NCBI GenBank assembly: GCA_029289095.1
Contig: JARFUG010000004.1
Coordinates: forward strand, 13,250-77,249
Length of the DNA: 64,000 bases
Source of the DNA: Desulfuromonadales bacterium
GTDB taxonomy: Bacteria > Desulfobacterota > Desulfuromonadia > Desulfuromonadales > JACZKF01
Direction of reading: 5' to 3'
Shown: positions 29,349-37,822 of the stretch, piece by piece
How the letters are laid out: each line of letters begins with the position of its first letter
Position numbering within the stretch: position 1 is the stretch's first letter
The notes under the pieces: model-generated
Seen by the model: the letters and a program-made list of their open reading frames with translations, nothing else
Database searches by the model: none
What the model was told of the DNA's origin: nothing
Translations under genes and position numbers: made by a program

Positions 29349-30281
29349 TCAATGCCCCCGCTCCAACTCCTTACGGTTCCATCCCCCGAGATCGGCGGCG
29401 GCCTCATAGGTGCTCTGCAGGAAATCGAGGAGCATCTCATCCGGTGATGCCGCCTTCCGAACGGCCTCATAGGGGAGGACGAATTCCTTGAGGTCCGGGT
29501 GGTAACAGGCGGCGTCCGGGGCCACCCGGGCGCTGCCGAATCCCTCGGGCTCCGGATAGGCGTAGGAATAGAAAGCGGGTTCGGGGAACTGCTCGTTTCC
29601 CGGCCAGAATCCGCAGCTACTCACCTCGTGCGAATAAGCCTCCCGGGCGACCCAATCGGGAAGGTGCGGTACGCCACCCGGGTGCTCGGGGGCTCGGCGA
29701 CCGGAGAAGCGCGTGACCGCCAGGTCGAAAGAACCCCAGAAAAAATGCACGGGGCTGCTCTTGCCGATGAAGCGGGCCCGGAACTCCTTGAATATCCTGT
29801 CGGCCTGGACCAGGGTGCGCCAGAACCGGTTCGCGTAGTCAGCATCGTAGGCTGCATGCTGTTCGTCGAGGTCGAAGGGAATGGGATCAGGGAGTTCGGA
29901 AGGTGTCGTGTGAATATCGACCTTCAGATCGAGCTCAACCAGCATGGCTGAGACCTTCCGGTAGAAATCGGCCACTGAGCGCGGAGTCAGAGACATGGTC
30001 CTGACTGAGCCGTCGCTGGTCTGGAGCAGAAGGCGGTGGTCTAGAAAATCGAAGTCGACCTGAAAGGTCCGGCTCCCGTAAGGAATCGGTGAAGTGGAGA
30101 GACCACGGGAGGTGAGGTAAAAGACTACATGCCAGGAGTGATTGACCCAGGGAGTCTTCACGAGCCGGATCTTGCCGATAATCTGAGCCCAGAGGTGGAG
30201 GGTCGCGCAGGTGTCTTTCCACTCCGCGAACGGGAGGGTCGGCCAGACATCCACTTCATCGATGCGTCCGCGTTCCGACAT
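29349..30281 (-). CDS. Conserved hypothetical protein (DUF5996-like)
   Basis: 310 aa. WKDTCATLHLWAQIIGKIRL... resembles the family I recall as DUF5996. Assignment is from memory only. Confidence 0.55.
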   Translation of the reverse strand: MSERGRIDEVDVWPTLPFAEWKDTCATLHLWAQIIGKIRLVKTPWVNHSWHVVFYLTSRGLSTSPIPYGSRTFQVDFDFLDHRLLLQTSDGSVRTMSLTPRSVADFYRKVSAMLVELDLKVDIHTTPSELPDPIPFDLDEQHAAYDADYANRFWRTLVQADRIFKEFRARFIGKSSPVHFFWGSFDLAVTRFSGRRAPEHPGGVPHLPDWVAREAYSHEVSSCGFWPGNEQFPEPAFYSYAYPEPEGFGSARVAPDAACYHPDLKEFVLPYEAVRKAASPDEMLLDFLQSTYEAAADLGGWNRKELERGH

Positions 30282-30472
30282 CTCTTCCCTCGAATCTTCC
30301 GCTGTAACCGCAATTTACCTATATCAACTCCAGTCGGAGGCGCAACCGCTCCGGGGCGGAATGGAGTGTCCTTGGGGTCAAGTGGTCGGCTTCGCAGAGC
30401 AGAAAGAGGAGAATTAGGTCATCCGAGGCGGGCGTTCCGGGTTCGCTTGGCTCGCTGGCACGCCAAGGCGAA

Positions 30473-30500
30473 GCCCCGCAACCCTTCAGGGTTGCGGGGC
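30473..30500 (-). terminator. Hairpin immediately 3' of tmRNA
   Basis: gccccgcaaccc ttca gggttgcggggc, a 12-bp perfect stem 6 nt after the tmRNA CCA end. Confidence 0.65.
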
Positions 30501-30506
30501 GAAGAC

Positions 30507-30862
30507 TGGTGGAGGTGGCGGGAATCGAACCCGCGTCCGAACGTCTTTCACGTAAGGCTTCTACATGCTTAGTCCGTATATTGATTTGACTCGCCGGAAC
30601 TCCCACGGACAGGATTTCCGTCGAGCGAGTCCGCTAAAGTTTCGCTTCGGCGCCGCGGACAGGCGCCGTTGCTATCCCGCATTAATGACGTCTCAAGCCC
30701 CACACGGGCGATGAGTCAGGAGACGCGGCTGCAATTAAGCAGCCAGTGCGTAACGAACGTCGTTGTCGGCGTTTGTGTTTGTGCCAGTTTTTTAACGAGG
30801 CCAACTGGCGTCCCCGGCATGCCACCTTCGCTTCCAACCTCCGTCGAAACCAGGTCACCCCC
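30507..30862 (-). ncRNA. ssrA: tmRNA (SsrA)
   Basis: Minus strand starts GGGGGTGACCTGGTTTCGACGG and ends GCGGGTTCGATTCCCGCCACCTCCACCA. Tag reading frame GCC GAC AAC GAC GTT CGT TAC GCA CTG GCT GCT TAA encodes ADNDVRYALAA. smpB is adjacent. Confidence 0.93.
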
Positions 30863-30880
30863 GTAAAATCGTGCGAAGTC

Positions 30881-31006
30881 GGTAGTGAGGTGTGAGGAGC
30901 AAAAAACCAGGATCCTTCGCTCCTTACGTTCGCCCATTATGGCATAACGGGCCGAATATTCCTAGGGGAAAAGGGTATTTCACTCCTCACTCCTGACGCC
31001 TCACGT
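30881..31006. repeat. Heptamer-built inverted arms (GAGGAGT type) spanning the ssrA-smpB spacer and the smpB stop
   Basis: ggtagtgaggtgtgaggagc ... cactcctcactcctgacgcctcac. The right arm contains the 22-nt block shared with 24746..24767 and covers the last 5 smpB codons. Confidence 0.7.
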
Positions 31007-31451
31007 CCTTGATCGCCTTGGCCACTTCCCGATCGGCTTCCTTGCGCTTGAGGGTCTCGCGCTTGTCATGGAGCTTTTTCCCCCGCGCCAGCCCGATTTC
31101 GAGCTTGGCCCGGTTGTTCTTGAAGTAGATCTTGGTCGGCACCAGCGAGAAGCCGCGCTCGTCGACCTTTCGGATCAGCTTGGCGATCTCTTCCCTGTGC
31201 AGCAAAAGCTTGCGCATCCGGGTCGGATCGGCGGGGTTCTCACGGTTGCCGTGCACGTAAGGGTTGATGTTCATGTTGTTGATGAACACTTCGCCGTCCT
31301 TGATGCGGCAGAACGCCTCCTTCAGATTGACCTTGCCGTCGCGAAGGGATTTCACCTCGGTGCCGGCCAGAACGATGCCCGCCTCGTAGACATCTTCGAT
31401 GAAATAGTCGTGATAGGCTTTTTTATTCGTTGCGATGATCTTAATGCCCAT
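30987..31451 (-). CDS. smpB: SsrA-binding protein
   Basis: 154 aa. [29 protein letters not shown] is a canonical SmpB N-terminus. Confidence 0.95.
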   Translation of the reverse strand: MGIKIIATNKKAYHDYFIEDVYEAGIVLAGTEVKSLRDGKVNLKEAFCRIKDGEVFINNMNINPYVHGNRENPADPTRMRKLLLHREEIAKLIRKVDERGFSLVPTKIYFKNNRAKLEIGLARGKKLHDKRETLKRKEADREVAKAIKDVRRQE

Positions 31452-31920
31452 TTTTCTTCAGGTCTTTCACGAAAACCTCCTCCTCGGGCAGAATTTCGGC
31501 GATGCGGGGAAGATAATTCTCCCGGGGGATGGCACGGCTTCCGACGCGGATGACGAAAAATGAGCCGACGAGGAAAGTCGTTCCGAAAATCGCCGAAAAC
31601 AGATCCGGGTCGAGGGGTGTATCGAGGCGCTGCCCGATGAGATTCCCCAGGATGGCCCCGAGAACGAGAGCAAGCAGGGGAACGATATAGAGGATGAAGG
31701 AGGACTGCAGAAAACTTCTGGAGCTTGTGATGATCTTGACCCGGTCTCCGACCGATGCGCCGATGGGGTTGTGGGCTTCGACCAGCATCGAGCGGTTGTC
31801 GTCACCTATCCTGCAGTTCTCCATGGAGGCGCAATGCTTGCAGAAGCTCCCCTTTTCGCCGTGGACGACGGCGAGATGCTTTCCCTTGAGTTCGACCACA
31901 TTGCCGACTTCTTCAATCAT
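31441..31920 (-). CDS. RseC/MucC-family (SoxR-reducing system) membrane protein
   Basis: ATG at 31920 ([19 protein letters not shown]). Cys motif [10 protein letters not shown] followed by two TM helices. Confidence 0.7.
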   Translation of the reverse strand: MIEEVGNVVELKGKHLAVVHGEKGSFCKHCASMENCRIGDDNRSMLVEAHNPIGASVGDRVKIITSSRSFLQSSFILYIVPLLALVLGAILGNLIGQRLDTPLDPDLFSAIFGTTFLVGSFFVIRVGSRAIPRENYLPRIAEILPEEEVFVKDLKKNGH

Positions 31921-32043
31921 CCCGGGCCTCCTTTCCGACGCGCCAGACACAGGGCCGTCTTTTCTATTCCATTATAATATAACAGTGTATTGCAGATATG
32001 AGTTTTCGGGGGCGATGTAAAGGAGGGAAATTATAGGCAGCTT

Positions 32044-33312
32044 TTACGCTCTTTGCAACACATCCCGTCCATCGAGGAACAGAGCGCTGATCTCTTCGGT
32101 ACGACCGGAAGTGCAGAGAAATTCTTCCAGTTCGAAACGGGTCGGAAGAGCGGCGGGGGTCAGGACCTGGAAATGGGCGCCGGCCCCCCTGGTGAGAAAT
32201 CCCATTTCGCCTCCCATTCCAAGAGCGTGCGCTCCTGCGAATGTGGCCATATTCAACAGATCCCGGGGGGAGAGCTCGCCTGGAAAGTAGCGGCGTGCAA
32301 AGGCGATTTCATCCCAGATCGACAGGGAGTCGCTGCTTGCCATGCTGTCGGTTCCCAGGGCGAGCGGGACCCCTGCACGAAGGTAGCGCTGGATGGGCGC
32401 CTTGCCGACGCCGAGCCGAGCATTGGAGCGGGGGCAGAGGACGACGGTCGCCCGACTCCGGGCGATGCGTTCGATGCCTTCGGGATCGACATGGACGCCG
32501 TGGACCAGCAGGTTCGAGGGGATGAGACCGCCGCGCTCCGCCAGGTAGACGACGGGAGAAGAACGCGTTGCAGAGGGAATTTTCCATCCGGCGGCAGGAA
32601 AGAGCTTTTCGGCGAACGCTCCCCTCCCCTCGGACACCAGAAGCACCTCTTCCTGTGATTCGGCGAGGTGCGTACTTACCGGAAACCCTCTGTCGCAGGC
32701 GACGGCATAGACCTCTTCGAGGAACGCGGATGTCAGGCTGTAGGTGGAATGGGGTGAAAGGCCGGCGGTGAGGTGCTGGGCCGGCTGACGGGCGGCAAGA
32801 TCGAGAGCGCGCTGGAACCTGGGTCGAAATATTTCGGGCGTTCGGCCGAGGATTTCGAGGTAGACGCGCCCCCGAAGGGGTGATCCCCGATATGCGCCGT
32901 AGCTCTCGTGGCGAGAAAGGATATCGCCAACCGCCCCCGTGCCGGCCTGGAGAGACTGGACGATGCCAGCCTGAAGGGAGGCCGCCAGTTCGGCCGGCGC
33001 GAGCCCGCGCTTGATGTGGACGAGACGCAGAATCCAGTCGACGAACGACTCCGGCGGCGAAGTCTCACCCGCCCGCTCGGACCAGACCCGGAAATTGGTC
33101 AGTTCGAGGTGGGTATGAGCATTGGCAAAGGGAGGCAGAAGGATCGCCTCCCCGAAATCGACGAGTTCGGCCCCGGAAGAGGCGCTCTGCAGTTCCCTTC
33201 GGGCTCCAAAGGCAGCGATCCGCCCCCCCTCGACGAGCAGTGCGCCGTCTTCAATGGGCTCTGCAACCATCGGCAGCAGGTAGCGGGCAGTGAAAAGTCG
33301 TGCGTTTTTCAT
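32044..33312 (-). CDS. Metal-dependent amidohydrolase (chlorohydrolase/deaminase superfamily)
   Basis: FANAHTHLELT HxH motif and overall amidohydrolase layout. Start at 33312 (MKNARLF) or 33321 avoids overlap with the upstream decarboxylase stop. Substrate unknown. Confidence 0.75.
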   Translation of the reverse strand: MKNARLFTARYLLPMVAEPIEDGALLVEGGRIAAFGARRELQSASSGAELVDFGEAILLPPFANAHTHLELTNFRVWSERAGETSPPESFVDWILRLVHIKRGLAPAELAASLQAGIVQSLQAGTGAVGDILSRHESYGAYRGSPLRGRVYLEILGRTPEIFRPRFQRALDLAARQPAQHLTAGLSPHSTYSLTSAFLEEVYAVACDRGFPVSTHLAESQEEVLLVSEGRGAFAEKLFPAAGWKIPSATRSSPVVYLAERGGLIPSNLLVHGVHVDPEGIERIARSRATVVLCPRSNARLGVGKAPIQRYLRAGVPLALGTDSMASSDSLSIWDEIAFARRYFPGELSPRDLLNMATFAGAHALGMGGEMGFLTRGAGAHFQVLTPAALPTRFELEEFLCTSGRTEEISALFLDGRDVLQRA

Positions 33313-33353
33313 GGATCCCATGGGACTACTATGTCCTGCAGGTTCTTTCCGAG

Positions 33354-35036
33354 TCAAATAGCTACGGCGCAATGAGTGATGTGTGGGGTGACGCCGGGTT
33401 CTACGCAGAGCGTTTCAATCTGCTGGATAAGGGCGCGGATCTCCGACTGCTGCACGATCTCACACTGCTCGGCAAGGACCTGCGAGAGAATATCGTCGGT
33501 GGTCAGGGGATTTGCGAGCACGACGCGCAGGACGGTGATGAGCTGACCGCCGTAGGCGCTCGACGACAGGCGGGTCCGGGAGACGAAGGTCTTGCCGGCC
33601 TCGCGCTGGGCTTTCTGCAGCATCTGATTCACCTGGTCCAGCACCTCGTTGATGCAGGCGCGCTGATCGGCTGTCGCCGCGCTCAGCTTCTGTCGCACTG
33701 CCGGTGGGCAGTAACGGTAGGTCAGAATATTCAGCTCCGGAGTGCTGGTCAGCTCGAAATCGGGATGCTTTTCGATCATCCGGGCAAACGTTCTGGCCCG
33801 CTCGATCCCGAGGTCGATCAGCAGCTCGTACCCTTTGCGTCCGATGATCGAGAGACCGGCATGCACCAGCATCGCCTTGCCCGGACGCGAGCCTTCCAGA
33901 GTATGACTGCCGAGGTCCTTGGAACCGTGGCGCAGGATATAGGCGGCATGATGCTCGATGGCGGAAACGGCCGTGGGATCCTTGAAGACGACCATCCCCG
34001 CCCCCATCGGCACGTAGAGCTGCTTGTGCGCATCGATGGTGACCGAGTCGGCGCGTTCGATACCCCTGAGAAGATGGCTGTAGCGCTCGGAGAAGAGGGT
34101 CGGGCCGCCCCAGGCGGCATCGACGTGGAAATGGCAGCCGATCTCGAGGGCCAGATCGGCCATCGCCTCCAAGGGGTCGACGGTGCCGGTCTCGGTCGTT
34201 CCGGCGATGCCGATGAGCGCCAGCGGTCGGATGTTCTCTCCCTGAAGCCGTCGGCACTCCTCTTTGAGCCGGCCGAGATCAATGCGGTTGTTCGCATCGG
34301 TGTCGACCATCACCAGGTGGTCGCGTCCGATGCCGAGGAGATCGGCCGCCTTGCCGAGCGAATAGTGCCCCCGCTTCGAGACGAGCAGGGCGATGCCGTC
34401 GCAGCCGAGGCGCCTGAGAGAGCGGACGAGCCCCTCCTGCCCGATGCCGCGGAAGGTTCCGGACGGGGCAAAAAGGCGGTTTCGCGCCACCCACAGGGCG
34501 GTCACGTTGGCAATGGTCCCTCCGGAGCAGAACGCCCCCAGGGCATTGCGGCTGTCGTGGATCCATCTATCGTAGAAAGAGTCCCCCTCCCGGTAAACGA
34601 GGCGGTGGAGCATGGCCAGCACCTGGCGCTCCAGCGGGGTGAACGACTTGGACGTCTCGACCTTGACCAGGTTCTGATTGAGCGCGGTCATGATCCGCGA
34701 GAGCGGCAGCATGAAGTAGGGGAGCGCCGAGGTCATGTGCCCGATGAATCCGGGGGAGGCGGTGTGCACCGAGTGGGCGACCAGTCTTTCCTTGACGAAG
34801 TCAGTGTACTCGGAGACGAAGGTCGGCTCCTCCGGGATGCGCGATGAAGTGAAGTCCGCCTCGATCTCCTCGATCTGCCGCTGCAGAGCGACGATATGGG
34901 TCTGCAGAAAACCGGCGACATCGCCGGTAATCGCCTGGTCGATCGCCCCGAGGGTCGAGTCGGGCGCTTCCGGAACGGTGAAGATCCGATAGAGGTTTTC
35001 CAGGTTTGCGCGGGCCGTTTCTCTGTTTTTGGGCAT
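33354..35036 (-). CDS. panP: PLP-dependent group II decarboxylase, probable aspartate 1-decarboxylase (PanP type)
   Basis: ATG at 35036 (MPKNRETARANLEN). SGGTIANVTAL and VTIDAHKQLYVPMGAGMV (PLP lysine) blocks. Directly downstream of panB-panC, and no pyruvoyl panD is in the window. Confidence 0.8.
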   Translation of the reverse strand: MPKNRETARANLENLYRIFTVPEAPDSTLGAIDQAITGDVAGFLQTHIVALQRQIEEIEADFTSSRIPEEPTFVSEYTDFVKERLVAHSVHTASPGFIGHMTSALPYFMLPLSRIMTALNQNLVKVETSKSFTPLERQVLAMLHRLVYREGDSFYDRWIHDSRNALGAFCSGGTIANVTALWVARNRLFAPSGTFRGIGQEGLVRSLRRLGCDGIALLVSKRGHYSLGKAADLLGIGRDHLVMVDTDANNRIDLGRLKEECRRLQGENIRPLALIGIAGTTETGTVDPLEAMADLALEIGCHFHVDAAWGGPTLFSERYSHLLRGIERADSVTIDAHKQLYVPMGAGMVVFKDPTAVSAIEHHAAYILRHGSKDLGSHTLEGSRPGKAMLVHAGLSIIGRKGYELLIDLGIERARTFARMIEKHPDFELTSTPELNILTYRYCPPAVRQKLSAATADQRACINEVLDQVNQMLQKAQREAGKTFVSRTRLSSSAYGGQLITVLRVVLANPLTTDDILSQVLAEQCEIVQQSEIRALIQQIETLCVEPGVTPHITHCAVAI

Positions 35037-35084
35037 GGTCGCGTCCAGTCGAAGGGGTGACCGGTAACTGGTCACCGGCACGGG

Positions 35085-35936
35085 TCACCGGTCTCCAAGA
35101 AGGAAACCATTGTCGAGCAGCCGGGTCTTGCCGATGAAGACCGCCAGCAGCAGGACCGAATCTCCGTCGACCCGGTCCTGATCCTGCAGCGTCGCTTGAT
35201 GGCAGATCTTCAGATAATCAATGCGAGCGGCGCTGTGCTGCTCAATGGCAGCGCGCAATACCGCAAGAATTCTGGCGCAATCGTTCTCCCCCTCGCGGGC
35301 CATCCGGCGAGCGGAGGCGAGCGCCTGCGACAAGGCCAGGGCCTGGCGCCGCTCCTCGACCGAGAGATAAACGTTGCGCGAACTCATCGCGAGCCCGTCG
35401 TTTTCCCGAACGATGGGCATGCCGACGATCTCGATCGGAAGGTTCAGATCGGCGCTCATGCGACGGATGACCGCCAACTGCTGAAAATCTTTCTGCCCGA
35501 AGAAGGCGAAATGTGGCTGGACGATATTGAAGAGTTTCGCCACCACCGTCGTCACACCGCGAAAATGTCCAGGTCGGCTCTCTCCGCAGAGGCGCTCCGT
35601 CAGCCCCTCGACGTCGACATAGGTGGAGTACCCTTTGGGATACATCGCGGCGGCTTCGGGGGCGAAGAGGAAATCGACTCCCATGCTGCGGGCCATTTGG
35701 GCATCACGCGTCAGGTCGCGCGGATAGCTTTCGTAATCCTCCCCCACACCGAACTGGGCCGGATTGACGAAAATCGAAAGAACCAGGATATCGGCGCGGC
35801 GCCGCCCCTCCCGCAGAAGAGAGAGATGGCCTTCGTGAAGATACCCCATGGTCGGAACGAAAGAGATCTGCAGCCCGCGCCTGCGCGCCTCGACGCAGCG
35901 CATCTGCATCTCTGAAATATCAGTGATGATTTTCAT
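35085..35936 (-). CDS. panC: Pantoate-beta-alanine ligase
   Basis: 283 aa. [14 protein letters not shown] and FGQKDFQQL motifs. Confidence 0.95.
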   Translation of the reverse strand: MKIITDISEMQMRCVEARRRGLQISFVPTMGYLHEGHLSLLREGRRRADILVLSIFVNPAQFGVGEDYESYPRDLTRDAQMARSMGVDFLFAPEAAAMYPKGYSTYVDVEGLTERLCGESRPGHFRGVTTVVAKLFNIVQPHFAFFGQKDFQQLAVIRRMSADLNLPIEIVGMPIVRENDGLAMSSRNVYLSVEERRQALALSQALASARRMAREGENDCARILAVLRAAIEQHSAARIDYLKICHQATLQDQDRVDGDSVLLLAVFIGKTRLLDNGFLLGDR

Positions 35937-35966
35937 ATAATAAAGCTCTTAGCTCTTGGCCTGCTT

Positions 35967-36776
35967 TTAAAAACTATGCTCGTCTCCGGGGAAGGTCCCT
36001 TCCTTCACCTCGCGGATGTACGATTCGATCCCTTCCCTGATGATCCCGGAGACATCGGCGAATTTCTTGACGAACCTGGGCGAATACTTCTCGCACAACC
36101 CGAGGATGTCGTGGATGACGAGAACCTGGCCGTCGCAGTGGACCCCGGCGCCGATGCCGATGGTGGGGATCGAGATCGAAGAGGTGATCTCTTCGGCCAG
36201 TTTCGCCGGGATCCCCTCGAGGACGAGGGCGAAGGCGCCGGCCGCCTCGACGGCGCGCGCATCGTTCAAAAGCTGACGGGCCTGCTCTTCGAGGCGTCCC
36301 TGCACCCGAAAACCGCCCATGCGGTGCACCGATTGCGGTGTGAGGCCGATATGCCCGACGACCGGGATGTCCATGGCGGCTATGGCGCGGATCGTCCCGG
36401 CGACATTCTCTCCCCCCTCCAGCTTGACCGCATGGGCGCCCCCCTCCTTCACAAGCCGCCCCGCATTGCGCCGGGCCTCCGACAGGTCGACCTGATACGA
36501 GAGAAAAGGCATATCGGCCAGGACCAGGGCTTCCGAAGTCCCCCGCACCACCGCCCTTGTGTGGTAGATCATCTCGTCCATCGTCACCGGCAGGGTCGTA
36601 TCGTAGCCGCACACGACGGTGCCGACCGAGTCGCCTACCAGAATCATATCGATCCCCGCAAGATCCATCAGACGCGCCAGGGGGTAATCATAGGCCGTCA
36701 GAACGGTGATCTTCTCCCCCTGCGCCTTCATGCGCTGGATATCGAGAATCGTCTTCTTTTTCCTTGTTTCACTCAT
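35967..36776 (-). CDS. panB: 3-methyl-2-oxobutanoate hydroxymethyltransferase
   Basis: 269 aa. [17 protein letters not shown] and VKLEGG blocks. Confidence 0.95.
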   Translation of the reverse strand: MSETRKKKTILDIQRMKAQGEKITVLTAYDYPLARLMDLAGIDMILVGDSVGTVVCGYDTTLPVTMDEMIYHTRAVVRGTSEALVLADMPFLSYQVDLSEARRNAGRLVKEGGAHAVKLEGGENVAGTIRAIAAMDIPVVGHIGLTPQSVHRMGGFRVQGRLEEQARQLLNDARAVEAAGAFALVLEGIPAKLAEEITSSISIPTIGIGAGVHCDGQVLVIHDILGLCEKYSPRFVKKFADVSGIIREGIESYIREVKEGTFPGDEHSF

Positions 36777-36780
36777 AACG

Positions 36781-36812
36781 AAAAAAACCTTTCAGACACG
36801 GTCCGAAAGGCT
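36781..36812 (-). terminator. Intrinsic-terminator-like hairpin 4 nt upstream of the panB start (attenuator candidate)
   Basis: Minus strand agCCTTTCggaccgtgtctGAAAGGttttttt cgtt ATG. Confidence 0.45.
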
Positions 36813-37112
36813 CTCGGGCATGGGACGGTTTCCTTACCCTTCGCTATCGCCTCCCGTCCCGGTCCTCGTCGAATCCAGGCGGTATCTGTGAGTCGTTTTT
36901 TCTCTCCGGAAAACCGGCTCCGGTACGTGTTCCGGGCCCTCGGACGAGTCTGAAAAAACATCTAGCGTATACTATAATTTTTCAGAAAAATCCACAACAT
37001 TCTCCCGTATGATCCGGGTCGTCATTGCGTCCGGCAGGGTTGCACATCGAGCCGTACGCGCTATATCTATAAATGAAATGATTTTTCAGAAGTCATGCGA
37101 AAGGAGGTTCAC

Positions 37113-37367
37113 ATGCTCGGACTTGTCATCAGGGACGAGGTGCGCTGGCATGACAGTTGGTCGTCCGAAATCGGCAAAAGACTCAAGGTCGTCGACAGCA
37201 CAAACAACATGTATATTTTCGATGAAAAGCACAGCCGCGACGATATCCTCGCCATCATCGAAAACGCCCCCGGCGAACTCTATGAAATCTTCGAATTGGA
37301 GAAGGCGCCCCCGGATAGCTGCGATTTTCTCCTCGATTCGGGCAGATGCTACAACAAGCGGCATTAG
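37113..37367 (+). CDS. Hypothetical small protein
   Basis: 84 aa from the ATG at 37113, preceded by AAGGAGG at 7 nt spacing. No recognisable family. Confidence 0.5.
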   Translation: MLGLVIRDEVRWHDSWSSEIGKRLKVVDSTNNMYIFDEKHSRDDILAIIENAPGELYEIFELEKAPPDSCDFLLDSGRCYNKRH

Positions 37368-37513
37368 ATTTGCGCCGACCGCCGGCTCCCTTTCGAACAC
37401 GAAAGCGTGTAGAGAGGGGAGCCCACGGCAGAGAATCCGAACCTTCCAGCTTGAAAAAACCTGACCGACGGATGAAGAGGCCGTCGAAAACGGCGCAAAA
37501 GGAGCTCAGATCG

Positions 37514-37726
37514 ATGCAGATGGCAACCGTTCGACTGCAGATGGTCGATGGACACGAGATTTATTTTCGAGCCCCAAAAAATGAAATTCACCGCCTCGTC
37601 GTCCGCCGACACGGGAGGGATCCCGAACCGGGAGATGAGCACATTGTCAGGACGGAGAAAGACGTTCCGATCACCGTTGCGTGGAGACAGATCCGCACCA
37701 TCCATATCTCATCCGACGTCCATTGA
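37514..37726 (+). CDS. Hypothetical small protein
   Basis: 70 aa from the ATG at 37514, preceded by AAAGGAG. No recognisable family. Confidence 0.4.
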   Translation: MQMATVRLQMVDGHEIYFRAPKNEIHRLVVRRHGRDPEPGDEHIVRTEKDVPITVAWRQIRTIHISSDVH

Positions 37727-37783
37727 CTCTGAAACGCCGGATCTTCGTTTCACCCGCCAGAACATCATCGATGAACAAGAAAA

Positions 37784-37820
37784 GCGGCCCTCTCCCCCTC
37801 GGGAAAGGGCCGCACCTTTG
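37784..37820. terminator. Hairpin between the convergent small ORF and gdh
   Basis: aaaaGCGGCCCtctccccctcgggaaaGGGCCGCaccttt. Confidence 0.6.
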
Positions 37821-37822
37821 GC

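Noticed and set aside
29349-30506. Possible genomic island integrated at the tmRNA 3' end
   Set aside because: There is no integrase, no duplicated copy of the ssrA 3' end (att-like direct repeat) in the window, and the neighbouring gene is an ordinary conserved hypothetical.
36840-36900. SRP (4.5S) RNA-like stretch GAGGACCGGGACGGGAGGCGAUAGC in the panB leader
   Set aside because: It only loosely resembles the SRP domain IV consensus (GGUCCGGAAGGAAGCAGC). The symmetric and asymmetric loop partners are missing, and the context fits a cis-acting leader better.
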